Source of the DNA: a virus | Length of the DNA: 64,000 nt | IMG/VR virus record: IMGVR_UViG_3300003323_000990 | Coordinates: 1 to 64,000 of that record | Strand: one strand, 5' to 3' | In this document: positions 18,274 through 27,800 of the stretch, piece after piece | How positions within the stretch are numbered: position 1 is the stretch's first letter | Layout of the letters: each line of letters starts with the position of its first letter | Translations under genes and position numbers: made by a program | The notes under the pieces: generated by a model | The model's database searches: none | Told to the model about the DNA's origin: nothing | What the model saw: only the letters and a program-made list of their open reading frames with translations

Positions 18274-18732
18274 ATGCCCGCAAAAGTAGCAAACCCAAGG
18301 AAGCAATTCCAATTCAATATATCCATCCCCGGATTAAATCCCTTCTTAGCTCAGAAGGTGAAAAGTCCGGATGACGAAAGTGATATGGTTGAACATGGTG
18401 ATACCAACTTTATTGTTAAGACAGCTGGTATCCGTAAATTTGGTATGCTTACCATTGAAAAAATCCAGCCATCTGAAACGACAGATAATTTTATCTGGGC
18501 CTGGAGAAGGCAAATTACTAATACCACTACTGGTGGGGGAGATTTGCCATCAAATTATAAACAAACATTGCTTATTGAGCAACTTGCTCCCGATGGTATA
18601 ACTGTCGTACAAAGATGGGAAGCATCTGGGGCATGGCCTCAAAAAATAAACGGGATCGAATTTGATCGTAAAGGCTCAGAAAATACCGTGGAAAGTATTG
18701 ACTTCTGCATTGATGAATTTGATACCATCTAA
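18274..18732 (+). CDS. tail tube protein (T4 gp19-like family)
   Basis: 152 aa. The N-terminus KQFQFNISIPGLNPFLAQKVKSPD... is typical of the phage/eCIS tube family. A perfect 10-bp-stem terminator lies downstream. Confidence 0.75.
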   Translation: MPAKVANPRKQFQFNISIPGLNPFLAQKVKSPDDESDMVEHGDTNFIVKTAGIRKFGMLTIEKIQPSETTDNFIWAWRRQITNTTTGGGDLPSNYKQTLLIEQLAPDGITVVQRWEASGAWPQKINGIEFDRKGSENTVESIDFCIDEFDTI

Positions 18733-18755
18733 TTTTTTCCTTTATAAACCTGGTA

Positions 18756-18793
18756 GGGGCTAAAGCATAAAACACTTTAGCCCCTTATTGTTT
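18756..18793 (+). terminator. intrinsic terminator after the tube gene
   Basis: Perfect 10-bp stem GGGGCTAAAG-cataaaaca-CTTTAGCCCC followed by TTATTGTTT. Confidence 0.8.
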
Positions 18794-18815
18794 GGACTAT
18801 TTTATTAAAACTATT

Positions 18816-19601
18816 ATGGGCGAATTATCACTTTATTTCCTGGGCCAAGAAGAAACAATTACATTGCCTTCAGGTAAACAAATAACCATTCGTGAAACAA
18901 ATGGTGAGGACGAGGAAGAATTAAGTAAAGTTAAGAACCAGAAAGATGGTACTTATGTACTAAAATTCCTTACTGCTGTAGTAACCATGGATCACAGCCT
19001 TAAACGTAAACCCACACCAGAGGACATAATTACCTGGAAGCAGAAGGATATTTATTATACTTTGTTTAGAACCCGGAAATTATCTTTGGGGAGTACTTAC
19101 CATTTTAAAGACATCTGCAATAATCCTAATTGTGCCGATTGTAAGGCAGAGAAAGTACAAGCTTATGAGCAAGATATTGAGGAGTATGACAGCTCTGATA
19201 TGTTTGATAAGGCCTATAAACCAACTCAATATGGTATTACTCCTTATCCACAATTAGATGCTCCTACCCATGAATTTATTATTTCTAGCAAGAAAAAACT
19301 CTCTTTCACATTATACAATGGAGAACTTGAAAGAGAAGCCGCTAGCTACCCTGTAGAAGATGATAATAAGAACTCTGCATTATTTGTTAGAAAGCTTAGT
19401 ATATGGGATGGGGAGAAATGGGTAAGGGTATTTAAATTCTCAATGTTCTCCAGTAGAGAAATGGCTGAAATAAGAAATGAGGTATCAAACATTGACAAGT
19501 TATTTGAACCCATTGTTACGTACAATTGTCCAACCTGTAATAAGGTATATTTCAGATCACTGTTAGCCTCAACTGATTTTTTCTTTCCGGCCGAGATATA
19601 G
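18816..19601 (+). CDS. tail assembly chaperone (short, zero-frame form)
   Basis: The track start at 18792 is TTG; the first ATG is at 18816. Lies between tube and tape measure genes. Contains the slippery site T_TTT_TTC 16 nt before its stop. Confidence 0.65.
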   Translation: MGELSLYFLGQEETITLPSGKQITIRETNGEDEEELSKVKNQKDGTYVLKFLTAVVTMDHSLKRKPTPEDIITWKQKDIYYTLFRTRKLSLGSTYHFKDICNNPNCADCKAEKVQAYEQDIEEYDSSDMFDKAYKPTQYGITPYPQLDAPTHEFIISSKKKLSFTLYNGELEREAASYPVEDDNKNSALFVRKLSIWDGEKWVRVFKFSMFSSREMAEIRNEVSNIDKLFEPIVTYNCPTCNKVYFRSLLASTDFFFPAEI

Positions 19602-19741
19602 TTGCAGATCATTGCCAAATATCTTTAACCGGAGTAAACTTAAGCCTAAAGGATATTCTCGGCATGTCTATCAAAAACCGGTTAAAATACATAGAGATAG
19701 TCGAGTATTACAATGAGCAGATAAATAAAAAGACTACGTAA
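18816..19741 (+). CDS. tail assembly chaperone, -1 frameshift-extended form (G/GT- or E/E'-like)
   Basis: After a -1 slip at 19577-19583 the -1 frame stays open for 52 codons (LSGRDIVADH...EQINKKTT). It ends at TAA 19739-19741, which overlaps the tape measure ATG. Confidence 0.6.
19577..19583 (+). promoter_or_regulatory. programmed -1 ribosomal frameshift slippery heptamer T_TTT_TTC
   Basis: In the zero frame the codons read GAT TTT TTC, giving the canonical X_XXY_YYZ pattern. Confidence 0.6.
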
Positions 19742-21675
19742 TGTTCGGATTAGGATCATCTGCCCAGTTGGGAATTGGTATTGCGGTTAAACTGCAAAAT
19801 CAGTTCTCTTCTGAGGCGCAAAGGGTATCAGCCCAACTAAGACAACTAAAAAAGGATACTGATTCAGTATTAACCAGTGCAGCAACTGCAGCCCGTGATA
19901 GGTATGCAATGCTTAGCGCTGGAGCCTTTATGTTATCAAGGGGTATGATAGGGGCTGCAAGAGAAGGAGCAAAGTTAGAACATAGGATAAACCAAATATC
20001 AATTATATCCGGAATAGGGGGAGAGAAACTTAAAAGTCTTGGTCAAGGATTATCTAACGAATTTGCTCAAACACTAAACGAATCCTATTCGGCATTATTT
20101 GAAAATACTAAAGCGGGTATTAATCAGGGATTAGGGTTAATTACTCGTTATCAAGTGGCAGTATCAAAGGCCACTGATGAAATGCTTGGTGGAGAAGAAG
20201 GAGTTGCAAAGGGACTAATCAGTATAATGAACTCCATGCAGATGCCAGTTAGTGAGTTCCCCAGAATAGCAAATGCTGTAACTGCAGCGGCTAATGCCTC
20301 CCAATCTTCTGTAAGGTCCCTGAATGAGTCTATGAAGTACTCAGCCCACACTTTCCACCAATTTAATGTACCATTAGAAGATGCTCTTGCCTTACTGGCT
20401 CGTTTATCCCAAGCTGGTATAGAAGGCTCCTCAGCAGGTACTGCTATGCAAAATATGTTCACCCACCTGAGTACTTCAATAGGTACATTTGCTAGTAAGA
20501 AACAAAGAAAGGCACTTCAGATGCTGGGTCTAAGTCCAGAGGACTTTAAAGATGCCCAGGGTAATATGAAGCCTGTAATGGATATGGTGAGGATGGTAGA
20601 GATGGCCTCAAAGGATATGAATAATATTAACCGTAAGGAGGTATTATCTGCTCTGTTTAATGTGAGAGGTCAGAGGGGTTTAGTAAATTTATTTGGTGAT
20701 TTCGATCCATCAAAAACGATGGAGAGTATGAGAGGCCAAATATTAAAAGGAGTACAAAGCGATGTAGCTATAACCCAAGCAAGGCAAATGACAAATGACC
20801 TTGCCTCTGATTTCATCAGACTGGGTGTTAGTACAGAAGAACTTAAACAAGATTTCTCAAAAGCAGCCGAGCCAGTGCTTAGATTTGGTTTATTTATTGC
20901 AACCAAATTTATGAAAGCTCTGAGCTGGTTTACGGGTACTGGTTTAGGTAAAGTATTAACCGGTCTAGTAGTAGTAATTACTCCTTTGCTTGGAGTATTA
21001 TTCTTATTTAGAGCAGCAACGCTAACAGCAGCCTTAGCGTTAAGAGCTATGTCTATGAGTGTAGGCTATGGAGGACTAATGAGGGGACTAATGGGAAATA
21101 TGGGAGCTCCCCCGGTAATGCAGAATGCTGCTGGCAGATGGATAGTTAAAGGGGGCTCAACATTTAATTATGGTGGTAAAATGTATAAAGGAGGCCAGTT
21201 ATTACCGGGATCATTCAGCGGAGGAGGATTTGGAGCAGGGGGCATGATAGGTAGCATGGTAGGAAGTTTCTTTGGAGCTGGCGGTGGAGGACTTATGTCA
21301 TTCGGTGCAAAGAGAGCAGTACTGAGCAGCTTGGGAGGTATAGGAGGAACTTTACTGAGGATTGCTGGACCTATTGCAACATTTATACCATACCTTGGTC
21401 CAATAGCGCTGGGTATAATGGGCTTAACAACTCTGATCAGTTTAATGAACAAGGAAAGGGAGCCAATGACTGCTGAAAATAAAGCCTACCTTGATTTTAT
21501 TGATAGAGAAGTATATAATAAAAGGGAGTACAATCCACAGCAGGGAACCAAGATGGAACAAGTACTCCAACAGCAGATAAATGTAAATATTGACGGGCAG
21601 AAAGCATTCGATCAGAAATTTAATTCTGCCATGGATAAATCTATACAGGACGTAGGAATAAACTTTACACACTAA
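19741..21675 (+). CDS. tail tape measure protein
   Basis: 644 aa, helical N-terminal two-thirds, Gly-rich and hydrophobic C-terminal region (GGGFGAGGMIGSMVGSFFGAGGGG). Position follows the chaperone. Confidence 0.8.
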   Translation: MFGLGSSAQLGIGIAVKLQNQFSSEAQRVSAQLRQLKKDTDSVLTSAATAARDRYAMLSAGAFMLSRGMIGAAREGAKLEHRINQISIISGIGGEKLKSLGQGLSNEFAQTLNESYSALFENTKAGINQGLGLITRYQVAVSKATDEMLGGEEGVAKGLISIMNSMQMPVSEFPRIANAVTAAANASQSSVRSLNESMKYSAHTFHQFNVPLEDALALLARLSQAGIEGSSAGTAMQNMFTHLSTSIGTFASKKQRKALQMLGLSPEDFKDAQGNMKPVMDMVRMVEMASKDMNNINRKEVLSALFNVRGQRGLVNLFGDFDPSKTMESMRGQILKGVQSDVAITQARQMTNDLASDFIRLGVSTEELKQDFSKAAEPVLRFGLFIATKFMKALSWFTGTGLGKVLTGLVVVITPLLGVLFLFRAATLTAALALRAMSMSVGYGGLMRGLMGNMGAPPVMQNAAGRWIVKGGSTFNYGGKMYKGGQLLPGSFSGGGFGAGGMIGSMVGSFFGAGGGGLMSFGAKRAVLSSLGGIGGTLLRIAGPIATFIPYLGPIALGIMGLTTLISLMNKEREPMTAENKAYLDFIDREVYNKREYNPQQGTKMEQVLQQQINVNIDGQKAFDQKFNSAMDKSIQDVGINFTH

Positions 21676-22217
21676 TGTCAGTACAACCAGTAACATCCCG
21701 GATAGATAAGCTAACAGCTAATCCCTTGGTTGATGATATTATCGACAACCAAAAACCCAATCAGCCTTGTCTGGTTAATTTAGTAACACTAGAGAAATTA
21801 TATTTCCAAACAATTCCTCGTGAAATAAGGGTATCTCCCGAAAGTACTTGGGTTGCTGTAGTTTCAATGGCAAGAAATAATCCCCAATACCACTACACGG
21901 GGTCTGAAGATACAATAGAGTTTGAAATAAGCTGGTACTGTAATCATGCCTCAAGGAAAGATGTAATTACTAAAGTAAAATGGATTGAGGCTTTAAGTAA
22001 GAACGATGGATATGGGAAGACGCCCCCGGCAGTAAAGTTTATATTTGGGGATTTGTTCAAGAACTCAAAGTTTATAGTATCAAAAGCCCCTTACAGCTTA
22101 GCATTATTTAATAGGGAATTTAAGATGATGCCCGGCGTAGCAGTACAGCAAGTAACACTAAAAAGGATTACTGACACAAATCTTACACATAGTGAGATAA
22201 CTAAAATAGATACCTGA
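21675..22217 (+). CDS. hypothetical tail/baseplate protein
   Basis: TAATG coupling to the tape measure gene, 180 aa. Positional call only. Confidence 0.55.
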   Translation: MSVQPVTSRIDKLTANPLVDDIIDNQKPNQPCLVNLVTLEKLYFQTIPREIRVSPESTWVAVVSMARNNPQYHYTGSEDTIEFEISWYCNHASRKDVITKVKWIEALSKNDGYGKTPPAVKFIFGDLFKNSKFIVSKAPYSLALFNREFKMMPGVAVQQVTLKRITDTNLTHSEITKIDT

Positions 22218-22528
22218 TGGCTACAGCAGATATAACGCTGGAATTGCGAATAAACAATCCTTACTCCAATGGTGAGGTTTTTGTGTTTAACGAAGGAGAT
22301 GCTGTCCTGGATGGGAGAGTAATTACTTATGTTAAATCCATAAAGGATAGATACTTCACAGTAGCTCAGGGGGATAGTTTATCAAGCATCTCCTTTGAAG
22401 CTTATGGAGATTCCAAATATTATTGGGTAATAGCTCAAGCAAATGGTATAGATGAGGCTTATGAAGTTACAATAGGTCAATCCCTTTTAATCCCAGATAT
22501 AGAAAAAATTAAAACCACAAACATATAA
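22217..22528 (+). CDS. LysM-domain tail protein (gpX-like)
   Basis: YFTVAQGDSLSSISFEAYGDSKYYWVIAQANGI...GQSLLIP is a LysM motif. Confidence 0.75.
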   Translation: MATADITLELRINNPYSNGEVFVFNEGDAVLDGRVITYVKSIKDRYFTVAQGDSLSSISFEAYGDSKYYWVIAQANGIDEAYEVTIGQSLLIPDIEKIKTTNI

Positions 22529-22529
22529 T

Positions 22530-24059
22530 ATGCCAGGTGGATTTTCAGCTCCTTTTGTAAGGCTATATTACAATGATAAAGAATTAAGCCAAGAGCTTAG
22601 TAAAGCTTCCTATACTTATGACGAAGAGGGGGATGATGAGTTTACAGCAACTATACAGACGGGTGATCCCAATATAGTAGATAGACCAGAGTATCAAGAA
22701 CTCGCTCGGATAAAAGTGACCTGGGGATATATTGGGGGAGCAAGTGTAACAAGGATAGTATACTGGCAAGATATTAAATGGGTATTTGATAAAGAAGGTA
22801 TAACCGGAACTTTAAAGGGTGCAGAAAAGGCAGTGGCATTAAAACAAAATAGTGCTACAACTATCCATAAAAATAAAACCCTTCCAGGTATAGTTGGTGA
22901 CATGGCAAATAAGCATGGGCTTAATGCTTATGTAGAAACAGAATCTTCTAAACCAAAGCCCGTTAAGAAAAACGATAGTAAATACGCCTCATTAAATGAT
23001 TACTTACCCCTTAACCAGGGACCTTCAGAAGAAGAGAAAGTAAAAATTGCAGAGAAACAGAAAGAGCAGAGAGAAAGGCAACAGAGGCAGTCTGATGAAT
23101 TTGTAATAAGGAATAGTGAGGGGTATAGTAGATTTGAGAAACAGCTAAATGAGTATTACGCCCTGAAGAAAGTACCTCCTGATGATTTCTTAAAAAGGAA
23201 TGCGTCCTATGTAAGAATATATAGAAGTAGGTATAAAATAGTAAATTTCCCCCAAGCAGGAAAAAGTGATTTCCAAGCTCTTAAAGAAGTGGCAGAAATA
23301 AGCTCAACAGACCCAGTTGTATTGGATACCAGAGATGATGATATTACGATAAGGAAAAGGAATTTTAATCAGAAGCCTTATAAGAGATATACTTATATGG
23401 GTAATGCTGGAGATTTATTATCTTTCACTCCCGAAACTAAGGGTAAAGCAAATAAATCAAACACAATAAATATAGTAGCTGGGGGATGGGATGGAGAGAA
23501 AAAACAATTTACAAGTGATATAGCTAACTCAGATACCTCTGATACCAAAACAGTATTAAATGACTGGGTGCCAAAAGGAGGGGTAGGTTTTGTAAAGGAT
23601 TTTGGTAAGCTAACTGGAGTAACCCCCGCCGATAATACCAATGTAAGGAAGTACATGATAATAAAGGACCTGGACGAAACTAAGAACAAGAAATTTTTAT
23701 TGGGTCCCAGAGGAACTCAAGAAACAGCTAATAATAGAAGAGATGCCGGGGATATTCAAAAAAATCCCGGAACGGTATTAATGGAAGGAGATCCCAATAT
23801 TAAGGTGGGCCAATTAATTACTATTGAGAACGTGGGTAAAAAATACAATGGTAATTATTATATAATAAAATCAGTTCATGAATTAATTCCGGCAAGCGGG
23901 TATATGACCACTCTAGAGATAGCAAGACAGGGTCAAAATGTAAAGGCGAATGATAATGAGAAAAGTGCCAAGGAATCTAAGAAATTGGTTAATAAACAAA
24001 TGGGAGTGGATAATGAGAATATTAGGAAAAAATTAATGAAAACCAGTAATAAAAGATGA
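22530..24059 (+). CDS. baseplate hub protein (P2 gpD / late control D-like)
   Basis: 509 aa. C-terminal GQLITIENVGKKYNGNYYIIKSVHELIPASGYMTTLEIA is typical of the gpD/VgrG-N family. Confidence 0.65.
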   Translation: MPGGFSAPFVRLYYNDKELSQELSKASYTYDEEGDDEFTATIQTGDPNIVDRPEYQELARIKVTWGYIGGASVTRIVYWQDIKWVFDKEGITGTLKGAEKAVALKQNSATTIHKNKTLPGIVGDMANKHGLNAYVETESSKPKPVKKNDSKYASLNDYLPLNQGPSEEEKVKIAEKQKEQRERQQRQSDEFVIRNSEGYSRFEKQLNEYYALKKVPPDDFLKRNASYVRIYRSRYKIVNFPQAGKSDFQALKEVAEISSTDPVVLDTRDDDITIRKRNFNQKPYKRYTYMGNAGDLLSFTPETKGKANKSNTINIVAGGWDGEKKQFTSDIANSDTSDTKTVLNDWVPKGGVGFVKDFGKLTGVTPADNTNVRKYMIIKDLDETKNKKFLLGPRGTQETANNRRDAGDIQKNPGTVLMEGDPNIKVGQLITIENVGKKYNGNYYIIKSVHELIPASGYMTTLEIARQGQNVKANDNEKSAKESKKLVNKQMGVDNENIRKKLMKTSNKR

Positions 24060-24793
24060 GTGGTATAGTAAGGTTTATAAAGGAAGTAGTATATACCGGT
24101 TTAGAAGCTTTTGGTAGATACTACTCAAGCTATCGGGGAGTAGTAGGGGATAATAAAGATCCCCTACATTTGGGTAGAGTTAAACTAATTATACCTGAAA
24201 TAACCATGGGTGAACTATACGATTACTGGGCATTTCCAAAGGGGGTATTCTCCGGGCAAAATTACGGTAGTCAAATGATCCCCAAGATAGGGGATATGGT
24301 ATGGGTAGAATTTGAACAGGGCTTTGCAGAAAGACCCATATATTCATTGGGGCATTTTGGTAGTGGGGAGCCTCCCAGTGATAAGGATTTGAATGATGTT
24401 AATAACTATTGGTTTAAAACCCCACAGGGAATAACCGTACAACTGAACGACACTAAAAAGAGTATTAATATAAAAACCCCAGCTGGGGATTACATAGAGA
24501 TAAATGACAAGGGTATATCTCTAGTAACTGATAAAAATATAAGTCTTGGTAAATTAAACAAATCATCAGAGCCCGTTTTATTGGGTAATAAGACTGAAGA
24601 AAGCTTAAACCAAATTTATAGTATTCTTAATGATCTTACTAAAACACTTGCCCAAGATTTAGCAACATCTGCAAATCAACCTTTTTTAACTAAAGCAACT
24701 TTAACAACACAGATACCAAAGTTAATTTCTGCAGTGGCAAATCTTAAGCAATCTCTATTAAAAATTAAATCTAAAAAGGTAACAACAGAGTAA
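24056..24793 (+). CDS. baseplate central spike (gpV / gp5 OB-fold)
   Basis: YRGVVGDNKDPLHLGRVKLIIPEI...PKIGDMVWVEFEQGFAERPIY matches the Phage_base_V signature. Confidence 0.8.
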   Translation: MSGIVRFIKEVVYTGLEAFGRYYSSYRGVVGDNKDPLHLGRVKLIIPEITMGELYDYWAFPKGVFSGQNYGSQMIPKIGDMVWVEFEQGFAERPIYSLGHFGSGEPPSDKDLNDVNNYWFKTPQGITVQLNDTKKSINIKTPAGDYIEINDKGISLVTDKNISLGKLNKSSEPVLLGNKTEESLNQIYSILNDLTKTLAQDLATSANQPFLTKATLTTQIPKLISAVANLKQSLLKIKSKKVTTE

Positions 24794-24794
24794 T

Positions 24795-25199
24795 ATGCCA
24801 TTTGAACAGCAACCCATTCAAAATTTTATAGGTACAGGATTAACTTTTCCTATTAAATTAATTAATGGCCGGGGAGTATTAGTAACAGGGTTTGATTTAA
24901 TTAAATCCAGCCTTTACATGATACTCAGCTGGCCATTTGGTAATAGGTATTTTTTAGGTGAATTTGGATCTAGGTTAGAAGACTTATTAGAAGAACCCAA
25001 TGATGAGGTATTAAAGGATCTATTGGAAACATTTATTATAGATGCTATAACTCAGTGGGAAAAAAGAGTAGAGGTAATGTCAGTGGATATTACTAATTCC
25101 AGCCCAACTAGTTTAAATGTAAATCTTACCTATAGGATAATTAATTCCCAATTGGTTGATAATTTTGTATTCCCTTTCTACAGGCAAATAATATATTAA
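24795..25199 (+). CDS. baseplate wedge protein (gpW / T4 gp25-like)
   Basis: GTGLTFPIKL...IKSSLYMILSWPFGNRYFLGEFGSRLEDLLEEPND...ITQWEKRVEV matches the GPW_gp25 pattern. Confidence 0.85.
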   Translation: MPFEQQPIQNFIGTGLTFPIKLINGRGVLVTGFDLIKSSLYMILSWPFGNRYFLGEFGSRLEDLLEEPNDEVLKDLLETFIIDAITQWEKRVEVMSVDITNSSPTSLNVNLTYRIINSQLVDNFVFPFYRQIIY

Positions 25200-25200
25200 G

Positions 25201-26970
25201 ATGAATTTAACACAGAGTTGGGTAGGTTATCTCGACAGAAGCTATGAGCAAATTAAAGCTAGCCTTCTAAAGAGATTAACTGTATTAACACCAGAAATAA
25301 GTGATCACAATGAGAGTAATATCCTTATTGTGATTTTGTCAATGTTTGCGGGTATAGCAGAGCAGCTTAACCTCTACATTGACAACATGGCAAAAGAGGC
25401 TTTTATAGGGACAGCTAGAAGATACACCTCAATGGTAAAGCTGGTGAAGCTAATTGATTATCGTATTAAAGCACGTATCCCTGCTACTGTAGTTCTTACA
25501 GCAATAATTACAGATAATACTGGAGCAGAAGTAATAACTCCCTCTACTGTAACTATTCCTAAAGGAAGTATAATTAACTCAAGTAATAACCTCCCATTTG
25601 TACTCCAAAGGGATATAGTTATAATCGGGGGAACTTCAACAGCTAATGGGAATGCTTCTCAATATACAACTGTATCGGATGAAGTATTAGGAACTACTAC
25701 AGGTATAGCTCTTCAACAGGTACCACTCCCACAGGATTATGCCCATAATTCCATTGTACTAACTATCAATAGTGAAGAGTGGACTGAATCTGATTCCTTA
25801 GGGTTATTGTTATCCACCGATAAGAAATTTATTGTAGATATCCTCGAAGACGGCAATGCCTATGTAATATTTGGAGATGGTATTAACGGGGTAGTACCCC
25901 CCGTTGGAAATACCATTTATGGTACTTATAATACATCTGAGGGAGTTTTAGGTAATTTACCCCCTAATACAATCACCGATTTGCAGGCAGATGTAGCTAC
26001 TCCCCTGGGATTAAGCGTATCTATAACAAATAGAGATTATTCTTCTAATGGGGCAGACTTTGAAGGATTGGAGGAAATACGAAATAGAGCCCCACGGAGT
26101 ATACGAACTCTTTACCGGGCAGTTACTTACAAGGACTATGAGGATGTGGGTATACAAGCGCCAGGCGTGGGAAAAGCAATAGTAAAATATTGCTGTGGTA
26201 AAGCAGTAGATTTATATATTGCACCGACTTCGAGAGGAGTAGCTACCCCATTATTGCTGGATTCCACAAAGACATATTTTGAGGATAAGAGAATGGTAAC
26301 TACTCAGGTAAGTATAAACCCAGCAGGTATAACAAGAATTTATATAAAGGGTACTTTATATGGAGCTCAGTTTTATACTGCCGATCAAGTATTTATAGAT
26401 GCTGTTCAAGCATTGAACAATGAGTTCGGTTATGATAATTCCGAGATAAACAAAACAGTAAAAATATCTACTATAATAACCACATTAGAGAACCTTGCCT
26501 CAGTAGATAGTTTAGACATTGCTAAGATTTATATAGAACCATTTTTACGTCCATTTAACCCAGTAAACATTATTCCACAAATTACCTACTCCCAGATATC
26601 TTCTAAATTAAGACATGATTATAGATTGATATACCACAAAGACATAAATAGTTATGATGTTTATAGGGATGGGGTATATGTGGGTAATGCTGTACCCGGT
26701 ATATTATTTACTACAGTAGCTGGTGATCCATTAACGATGGGTTTTACTATAGCGAATAATACTAATCTATCAGACATGGCCCAGTATTCTTTTGTAGTAT
26801 TTCCTACATACCCAGAAAACTTCCCAGACTACTCCATTGAGATAGATGATTTCTCAGTACCCATTTTTGACATATTAGAATCTGGGGTAGATACAACGGT
26901 GCCAGTAATATTCTCTGATCTACAAGTAGTAGTAACCGCAGGCTCAACATTCAAAAAACCTAATTGCTAA
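25201..26970 (+). CDS. baseplate wedge protein (gpJ / T4 gp6-like)
   Basis: 589 aa, directly after the gp25-like gene. Order is conserved with P2 V-W-J-I. Confidence 0.7.
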   Translation: MNLTQSWVGYLDRSYEQIKASLLKRLTVLTPEISDHNESNILIVILSMFAGIAEQLNLYIDNMAKEAFIGTARRYTSMVKLVKLIDYRIKARIPATVVLTAIITDNTGAEVITPSTVTIPKGSIINSSNNLPFVLQRDIVIIGGTSTANGNASQYTTVSDEVLGTTTGIALQQVPLPQDYAHNSIVLTINSEEWTESDSLGLLLSTDKKFIVDILEDGNAYVIFGDGINGVVPPVGNTIYGTYNTSEGVLGNLPPNTITDLQADVATPLGLSVSITNRDYSSNGADFEGLEEIRNRAPRSIRTLYRAVTYKDYEDVGIQAPGVGKAIVKYCCGKAVDLYIAPTSRGVATPLLLDSTKTYFEDKRMVTTQVSINPAGITRIYIKGTLYGAQFYTADQVFIDAVQALNNEFGYDNSEINKTVKISTIITTLENLASVDSLDIAKIYIEPFLRPFNPVNIIPQITYSQISSKLRHDYRLIYHKDINSYDVYRDGVYVGNAVPGILFTTVAGDPLTMGFTIANNTNLSDMAQYSFVVFPTYPENFPDYSIEIDDFSVPIFDILESGVDTTVPVIFSDLQVVVTAGSTFKKPNC

Positions 26971-27800
26971 TGGCTACTTTATTCAGGGATTTTTTCTTTT
27001 CTTTATTACCGAGTTATTTTAAAGATAACGATAACTATAAAGACCTTAATAATGAAGGTCTTTTAGAAAGGTATCTTCGTATTTATGGTATGGAGATAGA
27101 TGAGAATATATATCCCTTTATAACCAATTTCCTAGATATAATTTATTTAGGAGCAGGAAATACATTAAGTAAACCCCCAGTAATATTATCCGAATCCGGA
27201 GATGGTTTATTGGAAAGTGGAGATATATTAGTATATTCATTTCCCAAAACCATTACCGATGATAAGTTTCTTCAATATCTTGCCTATAATCTGGGGAGCC
27301 CAGTAGATGTAAATGGCATGGCAGAAACTTACAGGAAAATAGTAAATTATGCAGTAGCAATTTATAAAGTAAAGGGAACTAAGAAAAGCTACGAATTACT
27401 ATTTAACCTTCTGGGATTAAAAGTAGTAATAAGGGAAGACCCAGTAAATTCAAGCAAGAGATATGACGATGGCCTAGAATATGATACTGAGGGCCTACAG
27501 TATGATCTCGGTTGTGATACTTGCTCGGATTACCTCATAATCTATTATGATAAAGAGGTGGGAGATTGCTCACATGATCAATTCACAGTATTAGATCCAG
27601 GCTTAGTAGAGAACATAAAAAATATAGTAGCTTTCCTTGAGCCTATCAATGCTAACTTAAAAGATATAGTAAGGGGTGGTTATAACTTTTGTGAATTATA
27701 CCCACTTGCTATTGAGGATGAGGTTACTATGCAGGTTATAGAACCTCCAGTAGTATGTGGTAAACCATTTAATTTATCTCTTGAACCATACTTAGGATGA
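26970..27800 (+). CDS. baseplate/tail protein (P2 gpI-like)
   Basis: The track start at 26964 is TTG; ATG at 26970 forms a TAATG overlap with gpJ. LLPSYFKDND...FLQYLAYNLGSPVD...AIYKVKGTKKSYELLFNLLGL resembles the tail_P2_I family. Confidence 0.6.
   Translation: MATLFRDFFFSLLPSYFKDNDNYKDLNNEGLLERYLRIYGMEIDENIYPFITNFLDIIYLGAGNTLSKPPVILSESGDGLLESGDILVYSFPKTITDDKFLQYLAYNLGSPVDVNGMAETYRKIVNYAVAIYKVKGTKKSYELLFNLLGLKVVIREDPVNSSKRYDDGLEYDTEGLQYDLGCDTCSDYLIIYYDKEVGDCSHDQFTVLDPGLVENIKNIVAFLEPINANLKDIVRGGYNFCELYPLAIEDEVTMQVIEPPVVCGKPFNLSLEPYLG

Noticed and set aside
21168-21452. Pro-rich 94-aa minus-strand ORF inside the tape measure gene
   Set aside because: Antisense reading of the Gly-rich (GGN) region of the tape measure protein.
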